Positions 52,901-63,899 of a DNA stretch of 64,000 nt are shown here, in pieces. The translations under genes were made by a program, and so were the position numbers. Source of the stretch: Paragordius varius (taxonomy: Eukaryota; Animalia; Nematomorpha); assembly GCA_964247055.1 (NCBI GenBank), contig OZ176053.1, positions 8,680,001 through 8,744,000 on the forward strand, given 5' to 3'. Under the pieces are notes generated by a model. That model made no database searches, was not told the origin of the DNA, and saw nothing but the letters and a program-made list of their open reading frames with translations. Numbering within the stretch: position 1 is the first letter of the stretch; each line of letters opens with the position of its first letter.

Positions 52901-55900
52901 TCATACAATCACTCATTAATTCAATAATTATTCGCGCAAAAATTCCAACGTTTAATTTGTTTCTTAACTGTACATATTTAATAAATTTTACCAATTTATA
53001 AATGGTTTAGGTTTACCTTATAAAAATATTCAGATTAAACCTTTTTTATTTAATCGTAAAAATTATAAATAAATTTAGACTCGTTTCGATGATTTGAGAA
53101 ATAACTTCGAAACTTTTGAACTCCCGACTGAACTTTCATCCAAATTCAACACTACCAGACTGACTCTTGATGACATCAAGAATAATATTCAAGATTTGAT
53201 TGTGGATGATGCGATCGAACCCGATGCCATAAAACAAAGACTTAATTTATGCATGGTATATTATTTTTTAAATAAAAATTTTAAATAATTTTTATTATAA
53301 CTCAGTTATTACAAATGCGTCAATTTATACAAATTGTTTTAATTTTGACTTTTAGAAAGAGTGTTACCGATTAAATGAATTGAAATCTAACACGGACGAT
53401 CTAAAGAATGAAATTACCGACAAACTTGTCAATGATCGCTCTGATATTAAAACGAATGTTAAGAAAAGATTGGATGGATTTTGCAAAGAGTTTAACACGT
53501 TGGCAGATTTGGTTAGTTTTAATTATACTGTAGGAACACAGCTAATTTTTCCTTAAGAAAATATTTTTATCAATATTTAATCAGCTTTGACTTTGGATAT
53601 TATTTAAAATATTCCATTTAAATATAACATATCATTCATTTTTTAACTGATATAAAATGCGCTTTTCCTTAATATTATTATTATGTTTCAGGCTAATGGT
53701 AAAAAACAACATCTTGAACACAGATTAGACTTTGCTAATGCATTTTACCAAGCTATGAATCCAGTAAAGTCAGACTTAAATGCTGTGAATCAAGAATTCA
53801 CCAAACGTCAACAGTCGGTTAATCCAAAAACACTTGCAAAAGATCTTGAATGGATTCAGGTAGGTTTTTGACTTTACATGAAAATTTTAATAATCAAATT
53901 AGTGAATTTAGGCTAGTTATTAATTATTTTTAATTAAATATTATTTTTGGAATTGATTACATTAAAATTATGAATACTAGATTTAACTTTTATTTTACAG
54001 GTTTTCTTATATCATGATTTATAACGTCCTTTAGTTATCATTTAATAATGGTGTGTTATTTAGCATTTTAATCTTGAAAATAAAAATTTACATATATGTC
54101 TATTAGATATCTATAATAATTTTCATAGGGCAATGAATTCGAGCTATATGATTTTTTATGAAAAAAAATAAATTTTTGAAAATATATACTTAATTCATTG
54201 TTTTACGACCGTTGTTTTTTTGCGTGTAACAGACGAGCGTTTTAAACAAACTTCGTTGTTGTTTCGGCAGTTTATATAATAATATATAATAATTCTAGTT
54301 TTAAATTTATAATATATTTATTATTACAAGGTTGATATTTAGCTCCTTTAATATGATCAAAAATTATGCTCTTAATTTGCCTATTTTCGATTTTGTCCAA
54401 ATATGGGAATATTGACATATTTAGGTAATTATTAAGCCCCAAAATTAAGTAATTATTCAGATTTGTGACTCTTAATTTAGTCGCATTTTAGCCTTAGCAA
54501 TTTGTATTAATTATTATAGTATGTAGCAAGATTTGATTTTTATTTAATAAATTGTGTGGTTTTTATTTTATTTTTCCCTATGTATACATTTGTATTACCA
54601 CTCGTGACAAATCGATGAAATATGGACATAACTTTTGTTAAATCGTGTAATTTTGTAAGAACGAAACTGTTTTTTGCACCATTCATCTGCAAAATGCTAT
54701 AATGACATGACCTAATACATATATATTGTAGTTAGCATCTTACTTTTATTTATTATACGAAAACGTAACGTATAACTAACATTTATCAATCTTAACTTGT
54801 GTATTATTCGAATATATTTTTTTAGGCTATCCTAAAAATGTTTTTAAATTTGGTTTTAAACGGCCATTTTATTTATATAATTTGTAATGGTTTGCAAAAT
54901 ATTTTTTCATCCTTATCATTAATCCAATTACAACTTGGTTTGGTATCAATTTTATATTGTATTTTTGGTTTTTATGTTTTTTTTATTTTTGTTTAAAATT
55001 ATATAATTATAAACATAACACTATATTGATCAAAAAAACTTAAATTTATGCATAGGTGTAATTCATTTTCAAGTATATTTCTATTCATGTATATGTATAT
55101 ATATATTACTGTTTAAAAAAACATTGACAATATATAAATATAGGTTTTAACGCTAGGTATTCCTTTGGGGCTAATATAAAAAGTTTTAGCTTATTATATT
55201 ATTTTTTCAAAATTTAGGCATGTATTGATTTCCATATTATAAATAAATCGGTAATAATATATTTTTGTGTAAATAATATTTCGTTAGTTAGTCGTCTTTA
55301 TTCTGATGTAATTATATTTTTTTATATAGCTGTTGATTGATTTATGCTATTATTATTGTAACAATTGAAGTAAAATAAAAAAATATTAAACCGAATATAA
55401 AGTGGTGATGATGAGTTTATATTAAAAGTATCAATTTCTTGCATCGTTTTTTTTCATTTTTACATAAAAAAATGATTGTTTTACCAAATTTCGCACCTAT
55501 TTTTTTATATGTTATAACTATAACTAAGCAATATTTTGTTTTCAATATGTTCAATATAAATCTGATAATCATTTTATAGTTATAACTAATAATTATTTTG
55601 TTTGATTGCAATCATTGAGTGCAAATGTATAATGATTTTATTTTTTTAAACTGTTTTAAATTAATCCTAATTCATAAGCGGTTTATAAAACTGCAATTTT
55701 TTTAGTAATCATAGTTTAATTTTAACTCATTCTTTTCTATCTATAAATTTTTTCAATAACGCAAATATATTAAGTGTCATTTATTAATCAACCAAAGATA
55801 TTTATCTGTCCTTTGGATTAATATGATTACACGTCGAAAACTATAAAAATGATTTGAATCTAAAAAATCAAAGAATTATTGGAAATTGCATTCGTATTTT

Positions 55901-57697
55901 CTAACCAATATGAAATATATTAATGACATATGTACATCCGTATTGTGTGATTCCTCAACCAGCGTATTTATTTTATTTATAAATTATTTGAGAGAATATT
56001 AAATTTTAAAAGAATTGTTTATAAATATTTTATATGCATAACATTTTAAATGGTTAAATCCGAATTATTCGTTAAATAAATTATTTTTATATCTTATATT
56101 TGTGGTGCAGACTACCCAAAGAGTTGCTATCCCCTCCATTAATAAATTGATATCTCATGTTGAGGATATACTCTCAGACCCCGCCTACAAAGATATAAAC
56201 GCTAAAACCACATATGAATCGGAATTAAACAAACAAAAAATGCAAATGAAAGAATTGGAACAAAAGTTGGAGGCTTGTAAAACCAATTTACAGGTTAGTT
56301 GATAAACTTATATATATATATATATATCTTATGGTTTTTTCGGCAAAATTATATTACTTGTACTTTATAAAATAAGTCATAGTCTTGAGACAAACAAAAG
56401 CATGGCACTATATATTGTCGGTTTTATTTGACTTGTGGCCCAATTAATTGTGGCATATTTGGATGATATTTTTGTTTCAAACGTTATCAAATTTATTGAA
56501 TGCGTTAAAGTTTTTCGTTTATGCCCCCAATCAAATCGTTACAAGATAATCAAAATTGTCTACTTTTATAGTTATAAAAATATGGTTTCTACGATGCCTC
56601 AGTCTTTCCAGGCTAACCGAATCCAATTATCTTAAAATAATCATTTTTTACAATATTAAGGCTTGCTATGAAAACTAGAGCACGGAATATGTAAATAGTT
56701 TTGTTAACTCTAATTTAAAGTAAAAACCAACCTCTAAATTATTTTATTGATGTTAAAATCGTTTTTTAGACTAAAATTTACGGTGTTCAACACAAATGGC
56801 TTCGCGGGCCCATTTTTTTCTCAAAAAATCCGACCGGCCGCATTCAAAAAAATGGCCATTAAAAATTCCTTTATATTCGCGGGCCGACATAAAATCGGAT
56901 GGTCGCGTATTCGACACCCTGCTATAATTAGTGTCTTCCGCTATAATTAGTGCTTCTGTTACATATGATCGGTTACCCTAAATGAAAAATAATTTCATTA
57001 TACATATTTTGTATTCTGAGAATAACATTTCTGCATAACAAAATTAACATAATTGTCAATTATCAAAATTTTAATTATGCAAATATATATTTTAAATTTG
57101 ATGTAATCCGCATTTTCTGATACCTGACTGCCAAAATATATAAATTGTATAGGTAAATTTAATCATCAACTTTAAATACATATAAATAAAATCTAGAATC
57201 CGTTTTATTAACTCAAGAATCTAGTGAAAGTGGTTACTTTTTTGTGGTATTTTATATATTATAGAGAATCTCTATCCTAAGAATTAGAACCGACTTCTTT
57301 TTGGCCGTTACAAAAACGTTTCTGGAGTTTAGGACGCGCATGTCACTGCCAGAAGATAATTAAATATTCATTATTTAATATTTTAATTGGTGGATAGAGA
57401 AAAGGTTTATTTTTAACTTTTGGGGAAACATTTTGCCCTTTTTAATGTATGTAAATCCCACATGTACATAAACAACTTCTCGGGTCCGCAATAAAAAATT
57501 TTATTTAGATATATTGACGGATTTTTAACTTTATCGCTTACGTTTGTGGTGTAACAACCATGATTTTTATTATAGCCAATTTTAATAAGTCATTGTACAT
57601 AATACCATAATTTTTTTGATAAGTGCATATTTAGGGTGTCTAACACAAGTGGCTTCGCAGGCCGTATTATTAAAAAATTCTGACGGGCCACATTTGT

Positions 57698-57735
<38 letters not shown>

Positions 57736-60700
57736 AAATAATAAATATTTTTATTTTAAATATACGACTGTAAAAAAACTATTATTTATTTTAACAAATT
57801 TTGCTACTTCATTGCCAAAATTTGGAAAAAAGTATTTTTAGAAAATTAGGTATCAATTTTACCCAAATTTTGTAAATGGCTTATTTAAATTGTAATATTT
57901 TGTATTTGCTATTTTTTCAAATATATCGCGGGTTACAAATTTCTTTTTGAAAGCCGCGTGTTGACTAGTTGATGTTTAAGGCTGATTTCAGTTAATTTTG
58001 TTTTAAAAAATGACAATTTCGCTTGAACCATTCATATTTTTATTATCATTGATATTTGGTTTATACGTATATTGTTATTTTCTAAAGGTTTGGATTATAT
58101 AAGAATCATTTATCAAATTTTGATTCTTATTTATTCTTTTGTCCACATAACCTCTCTATTTAATTTATATGTTATATTTGGTTAAGTGAATCATTAATAA
58201 TTTTTAAATACAATATTTCGCGTGAAACTTACTTACTTACGGTATTGAATTCAGTGCAATATGATATTGGATAAGTCGTTTAGATTTATATTCAACCTGT
58301 TATATCAAATTTTTATGGCCCCAACCTTTATTTTATGTTATAATATGTAAATATTACAGAATATTGAGAAAGATTATCACACTTTTTCGGAACAAATTTT
58401 CCGCACTAATGCGTGGATAGATAAAGCCAATCCCATCATAACTGCCATGAGAACTGAGTCCAATCAATCGCCAGAAGAAATTACAAAAGCAGAAGTAAAC
58501 ATATTTTTATTCAATAATAATTTTTGATTGCCAACCTTATATCATATCAACACTATCAAAATGATCGTTTCTAGATTTATTTGGTAACACAAACAAAATT
58601 TTATCTTACAGATAAAATCTCAACAAATTGTTATTGATTTTTAACGGTTAAAATGAAATTATTGAATGAAAAAAAAACGCTTTTGTTTTTGCATATTTAT
58701 AAAGGTAGGTAGATTTAGCTGTTGTCTTCTGCATCTAAAATAAGATGTTTCCCAAGGGGTGAGTTATAAGAGATTCTCGCATTTTTCTAACTATTTTATG
58801 GTTTTTTCCTATTTTTATATGAAAAAAGCATGATTAATATTCTTTTTTTATTCTTTTTTATATTTATGTAATTTATTCAATTATAAAACTGTATATTATG
58901 CAATTTTATAATTTACACATTAGTTGGCAAACAAATTATTTAAAACACTTTTATTTAAAATCCATAAAAAATTTTGTCAAAATAATTCGGTTTAAAAGTA
59001 GTCTCGATTTTTTAACCAGTTCAACTTTTTTATATATTGCAAAACCTGTAATTTCTTCCTTTTATCAGTTGTGAAAATGTCAAGCGAATCTTTTTCATAC
59101 TGAATTGAAATTATTCCCTTTTATATTATTCTTGATGCTAATTATATGGCATGACATATTCCGCATATCTAAATATTTAATTACAACCAGAAAAAGCAAA
59201 ACTTAAACACCTTGAATCTGATACATTTAATCCCTGTTTTTATATCATTTATATGATGATATATATTTTGCATAACATATTAGTAGGATAATGAAAAGCA
59301 AAAAAATTAAAATTTAATCCGATTTAGATAATTTTTTTAATGTCTTATAATTTAATTTTAACAAAAAATATTTTTTAACACATAAAAATTATATTACTCA
59401 CTCCCTATCAAAAACGTTTGAAATCATATATACAATTTTTTGTAACAGAAACAATTATCCCAACTTAAAGAGGAATCCAACACCATAAAAGAATCCATGA
59501 ATGAAATCAATAATTTAGCCCTTGATTTGGTCCGTAAGAGTGATAATTTTCGAGTTATCGCGCTATCCGAAGTATCAAGTTGTAAGAAACAATTGGACGA
59601 TATTATTCCAAAGATTGATGTAAGTACTTTTTGATTGTTATGAGGTATTATAAGCGATTAGAACTATGCCGGAATTATGTTTAGTTCTGGATCATATTTA
59701 TTTGCCAAAAAACAATTCCTCCCAATTGTACGGTCAAGAGTTTTTTTTATTGGTTAAGGTTTCATTTTTTTGATCACAAAGCTCGGATTTCAATTATAAC
59801 TTGTAATAATTTTATTTTTTATCTGAAATATGCCAAACATATACTTTTATTATCAGATAAAATGAAAAAATTTATACGCAAGATTAAAATGGTATTAAAG
59901 CTAAGATGAAATTTTTTTAACCCTTACCGCTTTCCGGATATAAAAATAGTTTTAACACTGTTGTAAAATCGTTTTTTTGGTTCTGAAAAAACTAACTAAT
60001 ATTTCCGGCCCCACAAAATCGATTCCGGTTCCAATCCCCGATTCTTTGGATCAGATAATATCAATAATATCTTTACAAAAACTTCATGAAATATTATTAT
60101 ATGATTTTGCATTTGTCAGGAAAAATTAAAATTTTTCAACCAAATCACTTCGGGCTCACCTTCTCCAATTACCAAACCGCCGGGTGTGCTTAAACGACGC
60201 GTATCAAAAGATTTTGGAGATCCTGATTCGAATTTTGCCCAAGATGTATCCTATGGTGTGGCCCGGGTAAATGATTTAAAATTGTTTCTTTTGCAAAAAC
60301 CTGCATCGCCATCCAACATTTCTCCTCACATTGCCAAGGCTATCAATGAACACAATATTGGAGAGCTTAAAAATGTTGTTGATGTGCAAGCTGAGGTATA
60401 ATTTTCACTCAAAAGTTATTAAAAAGGCGAATCGATTATGCGTTTGTTGAATATTTGCCAGATTTGGCTCGTAACTTTATTGTTATCGAATTAAATTGCT
60501 GTTAGGTTTAAAAATAGGATCATAAACTGATAGTTAGCACTCTATTACATAACAATACTCTTAATATACTTCTTGAAAGTTGAATTCAAAATTCAGTTTT
60601 ATATCCGTCTACTGTAGTTGTAAAAACAATTATTACACTTATTTATTTTACACTCTGCATTCAAAAAAAGGAATTACAACGTGAAATGGACAAAACAGAC

Positions 60701-63389
60701 ACTTACCTCAATAAAATACGTGAAAAATTGAGAATGCCTTCGGAAACCTCTGCCACCACTTTTGTGCCCAATAGTAGTTTGGGCGATCCCGTGGTTCAAT
60801 CACAAGCCAAAGAAATGTTAAATAAATGGGAACTTGAAGTTAAACCATTAGCTCAATCCAAGAAACACGAATTAGATACTATCCTAAAGCCTAAATGGCG
60901 CACATTTATCAATAATTATGATTTGATTGTAAAAGATATAAATACTCCTGCTAATTACAAAGATTCAACACAAACACCATTGACCGATAAGAATACGGAT
61001 CTTGCAAATAAGGCTAAAGCCATTGAAAAAAGTATTGTAGGGCCCACTGCTAATGCTATGGTGGATCATTTGAACAAAATTATAGTTCAAGAACCCATAA
61101 GAAAAGAGTATTTTAACTATATATAATTTACCCTTTTTACCCAATAATTTTTTTAGTTACAAGTAACTGAAATTGTTAATATTATTTTTTTGGCATTTTT
61201 TGGGTATTATATCGATAAAATATTTAAAAGACCAAATTATTTCCTTATGATAAAATCTCTTTTCATTTGGAGTTAGAAATCTCTATGTTTTGTTAATAAT
61301 CTACACAAAAAATATATTTCAAAGGCAAAAACAATTGTTTCCTAAAATATTTCAGAATACCTTTATTTAAACTTTAAATTGAAATAATTTTGTTCATGTT
61401 TTACTGTTTCCTTTTAGATCTCAAATAAGTACAGCATCATTAATGATGCCCAAAACACCACCACCATCCCCACAACATGATCGGCAAATGTTAGTTGAAG
61501 AGGCCGTCCTTGAAGAATTGCCAAAAATTATTGATGCCAAAATACCTACTTTTTCAGGGTTTGTTTTATCCTTTTTTCAAAATTCGATGGATTTCTGAAT
61601 AATTTTCTATGTAATTTAATGATATTCTATAAATTAATTTGTATATTAATAGATCAGAACAACTTGAGGAACAAAAGGTTGAACCCAAACCGGCGGAGTA
61701 ATATATTTTATATACCGTCATTCCTTTAATTTATATATGTACTTACGTGGCTAACTAGGAAAAACAATTATTATTGCATTCGTTTATATTATATGAATTC
61801 AATAAACGGCTATTCAAAAATTTTCTTTATTAATCTATATAGCGCTTATAATAATCGCTTATCTGCCTTTTTTATTTGTAAAAATATTAAGAGCAGTGTA
61901 AGAATAACGTTGATATTAATTTTTATGCTCACAGATTGGGCACCTTGACCAAAACATCCCAAAAGGGCCAAGAAGACCCAGTGGAAGCCATTAATCTCGT
62001 TAATGAACTTCAAGCTATAGCTTTATGGCTAAGAGAACAGGAAAAGCAATTAACGCAAAATCGAATACCCATTTTCAATGATTCTGCATTACGTTCAATG
62101 ATGACAGAATATAAGGTTTGAAATCTATCTTTTTAAAAACTACACCCTTTCATTTAAAGACATTTTTTCATTCAAAGTTAACTAACTTTTTTTCGTTCTG
62201 GAATAATATTAAAAAATACCCTTTGAAACCAATGAGAGCCTAGTGAATGCTGTTTTTGACTAAAAAGGAGTGTTTTTCACAGAAATTAGCTATTAAAATA
62301 ACTCTTTTCACTCAAATGTAATATTTGCTCACTTTAAAGCATATTTATTAACAAATTTGAGCTAAAAAATATTAGTTCAATATAAATATTATATTCTATT
62401 TGAAAATTGTTGTTTTTTGAAAAATCGGATATACATTTTTTCTTATAGAATATGGAAAAGGATTATACGAAAAATGCCGAAAAATTAAAACAAGCTCGTC
62501 AAACGCTGGATCAACTCTCTAAAGATGGGATACTTTCACCACAAAAAACTGATCGAATTTCACATTTGATTGAACAAGCTAATGAAAAGTTTGACGGGGT
62601 AAATATATTATCTAAGTTTTTTATGAATAAAATAGTTCAATATTATGTGAAAAAATGTTTTTACAATACATTTAACTTTTATCATTTTTACAGATTCAGA
62701 GTGAATATAAAACCAAGAGAAAAGAAATTGTAAATAATTATCATCGCATATTTCACTTTAATCAGCAATTACAAGACACTGAGGGATGGTTACATGCTAC
62801 CCGACAAAACACAGAAAAGTTATTGCCTACCCTTAAACCCGATGATATAAAAGTTATATATTTAAAATTTTGATAACATATGTCTTTAGGTAAGAAGGAG
62901 AGTTGAGAATGATAAATTCTCTGTGTATGGGACCGATTTTATTATAAACAATTAACATTTTTTTTCAAGCCATAAATTATAATAATACTTAAAATTATTG
63001 TGAAAATTGTATTTTTATCATGTTTTTGCATTCGTGATATTATTTGACTAAATCCTTGGCTGGTCAAAAAAGCCCAACCCCAACTATAATATACAATCCA
63101 TAGTTTTTAACGAATATTAAATTGAAATAAAAATGTTGTTTTGTCAACACACTCTAGAATTTACATCAAAGTATGGATGAACGTACAACCGATTACAATC
63201 AACTAAATTACACGTTTGTTCAATTGATGAATGATGGTTTGCGCTACAATGAACTGTATGATGTTGATGAATATGCCGTTCCTGAATCCATGAAAGATTC
63301 GATGAAAAAAATAAATGATAATTGGGAGTGGTTAAAGGGTATTGATGCCGCAAATATACCTAAAACAATAGTTTTACAAAAGATGGAAG
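40770..63389 (+). CDS. DMD: Dystrophin/utrophin-like gene, partial (spectrin-repeat rod); 28 exons, 5451 nt, about 1816 aa; 5' and 3' ends not in this span
   Basis: All 28 exons are flanked by AG/GT with compatible phases and give one stop-free frame. Recognisable dystrophin motifs (human from memory): YISALDTKITWLSNADNEL..DDIKEQFNNHE ~ YQTALEEVLSWLLSAEDTL..VKDQFHTHE; LSNMLIIVD ~ LTHMVVVVD; DFAKQLKEELAQLNDQW ~ EFASRLETELKELNTQW; KKQHLEHRL ~ RKQQLEKCL. Confidence 0.9.
41377..44115 (+). mobile_element. hAT superfamily (Buster/SPIN-type) DNA transposon, 2739 bp, inside a dystrophin intron
   Basis: TIRs CAGGGGTGGCCA (41377) and TGGCCACCCCTG (ends 44115). Perfect 8-bp TSD ATCTATAG at 41369-41376 and 44116-44123, with the central TA typical of Buster elements. 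Subterminal GTGACCGC repeats include the palindrome GTGACCGCGGTCAC at 41394-41407. Confidence 0.96.
41756..43574 (+). CDS. hAT transposase (GTF2IRD2/ZBED5/Buster-like), split into three ORFs by two -1 frameshifts; about 606 aa if restored
   Basis: N-terminal BED-like CLICN..ERHY, LDESTD, TTDGAPAM, HCIIH, RWLSR and CESAFS motifs are all present. Frame changes occur at the T8 run (42279-42286) and the T6 run (43181-43186). Confidence 0.92.
44658..44839 (+). CDS. DMD: Dystrophin exon (repeat 1 helices B-C; human exon 11-like)
   Basis: tttag|ACT..ACT GA|gtaata; TFIRKLMNEQGHVFELLKTGKSLLEKSTISPEDQKIILDRMQQLNLLWESIRVKTLDYQT; 182 nt. Confidence 0.88.
44867..45454 (-). mobile_element. Non-autonomous Helitron (588 bp)
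   Basis: On the - strand the termini are A|TCTATATATTTATAAAAATG and TTTACGCTAG|T (5'-TC, CTAG-3', AT target, no TSD). A subterminal 7-bp-stem hairpin GAAGTCC-TTC-GGACTTC lies at 44900-44916. Interior has a 16-bp palindrome at 44951-44966 and internal direct repeats (TTTTTGTGGACTT at about 45073 and about 45250). Confidence 0.7.
46070..46284 (+). CDS. DMD: Dystrophin exon (repeat 2)
   Basis: cttag|A TTA..CAA G|gttaaa; LQSLLNQHQKDQITTFESWLHDME..PLSNMLIIVDSEDDQ. Confidence 0.85.
46660..46884 (+). CDS. DMD: Dystrophin exon (end of repeat 2 and start of Pro-rich hinge)
   Basis: atag|AA TAC..AAT G|gtaacc; overlaps ORF 46671-46916. Confidence 0.82.
48252..48386 (+). CDS. DMD: Dystrophin exon (hinge)
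   Basis: ctag|CT CCC..ACA G|gtacta; phase 1-1; within ORF 48125-48397. Confidence 0.75.
48493..48729 (+). CDS. DMD: Dystrophin exon (hinge)
   Basis: aatag|AG AGC..AAA G|gtttat; phase 1-1; within ORF 48456-48758. Confidence 0.75.
49199..49398 (+). CDS. DMD: Dystrophin exon (hinge)
   Basis: tttag|CC ATT..AAT GCA|gtaatt; within ORF 49090-49416. Confidence 0.78.
49631..49771 (+). CDS. DMD: Dystrophin exon (repeat helix A), not in the supplied ORF track in this frame
   Basis: attag|CCA TTA..TCT GAG|gtcctg; PLTALEKLQIEIYDINEALRELEYWFRQAKEETPKLDSVGHTKEFSE. Confidence 0.78.
50060..50234 (+). CDS. DMD: Dystrophin exon (repeat 4-like)
   Basis: tacag|TCT AAA ATG..ACG A|gtaatt. Confidence 0.82.
50573..50745 (+). 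CDS. DMD: Dystrophin exon (repeat 6-like helix A)
   Basis: tttag|AT CAT..CTA AAG|gttttt; FREPLSSLNTWLDSVKDNL..DVQLLEEKLTKLK. Confidence 0.82.
50896..51117 (+). CDS. DMD: Dystrophin exon
   Basis: tttag|GAA ATT..TAT TTG|gtatat. Confidence 0.82.
51384..51491 (+). CDS. DMD: Dystrophin exon (repeat 7-like helix A)
   Basis: cacag|AAC GAG..GCT AAA|gtatta; NEIKVLKNWMGDLKNIMDKEATEGDTQSQNREKEAK. Confidence 0.82.
51860..52030 (+). CDS. DMD: Dystrophin exon (repeat 7-like helices B-C)
   Basis: tttag|GCA ATA..GAA AAG|gttttt; ..DFAKQLKEELAQLNDQWKLILDKVNSEK. Confidence 0.85.
52296..52754 (+). CDS. DMD: Dystrophin exon (linker plus spectrin repeat)
   Basis: attag|TTA TTA..TTG AAA|gtattt; contains most of ORF 52389-52838. 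Confidence 0.8.
53079..53255 (+). CDS. DMD: Dystrophin exon (human exon 32-like)
   Basis: tttag|ACT CGT..TGC ATG|gtatat; ends LNLCM. Confidence 0.83.
53356..53511 (+). CDS. DMD: Dystrophin exon (human exon 33-like)
   Basis: tttag|AAA GAG..GAT TTG|gttagt; 156 nt. Confidence 0.82.
53692..53859 (+). CDS. DMD: Dystrophin exon (human exon 34-like)
   Basis: ttcag|GCT AAT..ATT CAG|gtaggt. Confidence 0.85.
56111..56293 (+). CDS. DMD: Dystrophin exon (human exon 35-like)
   Basis: tgcag|ACT ACC..TTA CAG|gttagt. Confidence 0.83.
56779..56921. mobile_element. hAT-type MITE, 143 bp
   Basis: Ends TACGGTGTTCAACA and TATTCGACACCCTG. Flanking 8-mers CTAAAATT (56771-56778) and CTATAATT (56922-56929) match 7/8. 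Internal GCGGGCC motifs are present. Confidence 0.75.
57632..57975. mobile_element. hAT-type MITE, about 340 bp, with an internal (TA)n expansion
   Basis: Starts TAGGGTGTCTAACACAAGTGGCTTCGCAGGCCG. Interior shares TATACGACT..TTTTGCTA.TTCATTGCCAAAATTTG with the 63593 copy. The right end is decayed and no TSD is visible. Confidence 0.65.
57700..57732. repeat. (TA)n microsatellite; shorter (TA)n runs also at about 45920-45937 and about 56309-56326
   Basis: Directly visible dinucleotide runs. Confidence 0.9.
58360..58494 (+). CDS. DMD: Dystrophin exon (human exon 36-like)
   Basis: tacag|AAT ATT..GCA GAA|gtaaac; NIEKDYHTFSEQIFRTNAWIDKANPII.. Confidence 0.83.
59449..59619 (+). CDS. DMD: Dystrophin exon (human exon 37-like)
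   Basis: aacag|AAA CAA..ATT GAT|gtaagt; 171 nt. Confidence 0.85.
60120..60395 (+). CDS. DMD: Dystrophin exon
   Basis: gtcag|GAA AAA..GCT GAG|gtataa; contains most of ORF 60186-60401. Confidence 0.8.
60671..61107 (+). CDS. DMD: Dystrophin exon
   Basis: aaaag|GAA TTA..AAA GA|gtattt; contains most of ORF 60686-61126. Confidence 0.78.
61418..61558 (+). CDS. DMD: Dystrophin exon (Pro-rich linker)
   Basis: tttag|A TCT..TCA GG|gtttgt; SQISTASLMMPKTPPPSPQHDRQMLVEEAVLEELPKIIDAKIPTFS. Confidence 0.75.
61653..61697 (+). CDS. DMD: Dystrophin 45-nt microexon
   Basis: aatag|A TCA..GCG GA|gtaata; SEQLEEQKVEPKPA; phase 2-2. Confidence 0.6.
61935..62115 (+). CDS. DMD: Dystrophin exon
   Basis: cacag|A TTG..TAT AAG|gtttga. 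Confidence 0.8.
62449..62598 (+). CDS. DMD: Dystrophin exon
   Basis: tatag|AAT ATG..GAC GGG|gtaaat. Confidence 0.8.
62694..62852 (+). CDS. DMD: Dystrophin exon
   Basis: tacag|ATT CAG..ATA AAA|gttata; ..RIFHFNQQLQDTEGWLHATRQNTEK.. Confidence 0.8.
63158..63389 (+). CDS. DMD: Dystrophin exon (last one in the window; gene continues)
   Basis: tctag|AAT TTA..GAA G|gtttgt; contains most of ORF 63173-63421. Confidence 0.8.
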
Positions 63390-63592
63390 GTTTGTTTTCG
63401 CTACGCAATTTCTTATTTTGATAATCATTCGGATAGAATCGTATTTTGTTTACAATAAAATTAGTTTCTTAAAAAATTAATTACTCTTAAAGCCAGAAAA
63501 GATTCGCAATCATCAAAAATATTCTGTAAAAATTTGATTCCAAATATTTATTTCGTATCTAATTTCTAGTTTATTGTCAACAAGTTTTGTTT

Positions 63593-63899
63593 TATGGTTT
63601 GAAACCACAATTGGCTTGGTCGCATTTTTGTCAAAAAATCCGACGGGCCCCATTCGCAAAATATATGGGCATTAACAAATATTTTATTAATTTTAAATAT
63701 ACGACTTTTAAAACTACTATTTATTTTAATTTTTTGCTAGTTCATTGCCAAAATTTGAAAAAATTAATTCAAAATGTTTGTTTGACAAAATCAATTTGTC
63801 TTAGATTTCCTTAAATTTTGTAATTGAAATTTTTTGTGGGTCGCAGAAATATTTTGAAGGGTCGCATGCGGCACACGAGCTATTTGTTGATCACTCCTG
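63593..63899. mobile_element. hAT-type MITE, about 305 bp
   Basis: Right end TGTTGATCACTCCTG preceded by GGGTCGCATGCGGCACACGAGC. Interior is homologous to the 57632 copy. The left TIR is decayed. Confidence 0.65.

Noticed and set aside
57188-57235. Possible small exon (ESVLLTQESSES)
   Set aside because: It would be phase 1, but the flanking exons are phase 0, and the helix pattern is continuous without it.
56747-63814. ORFs 56747-56950 and 63587-63814
   Set aside because: They run through hAT MITEs; their mutual similarity reflects the repeat, not a protein.
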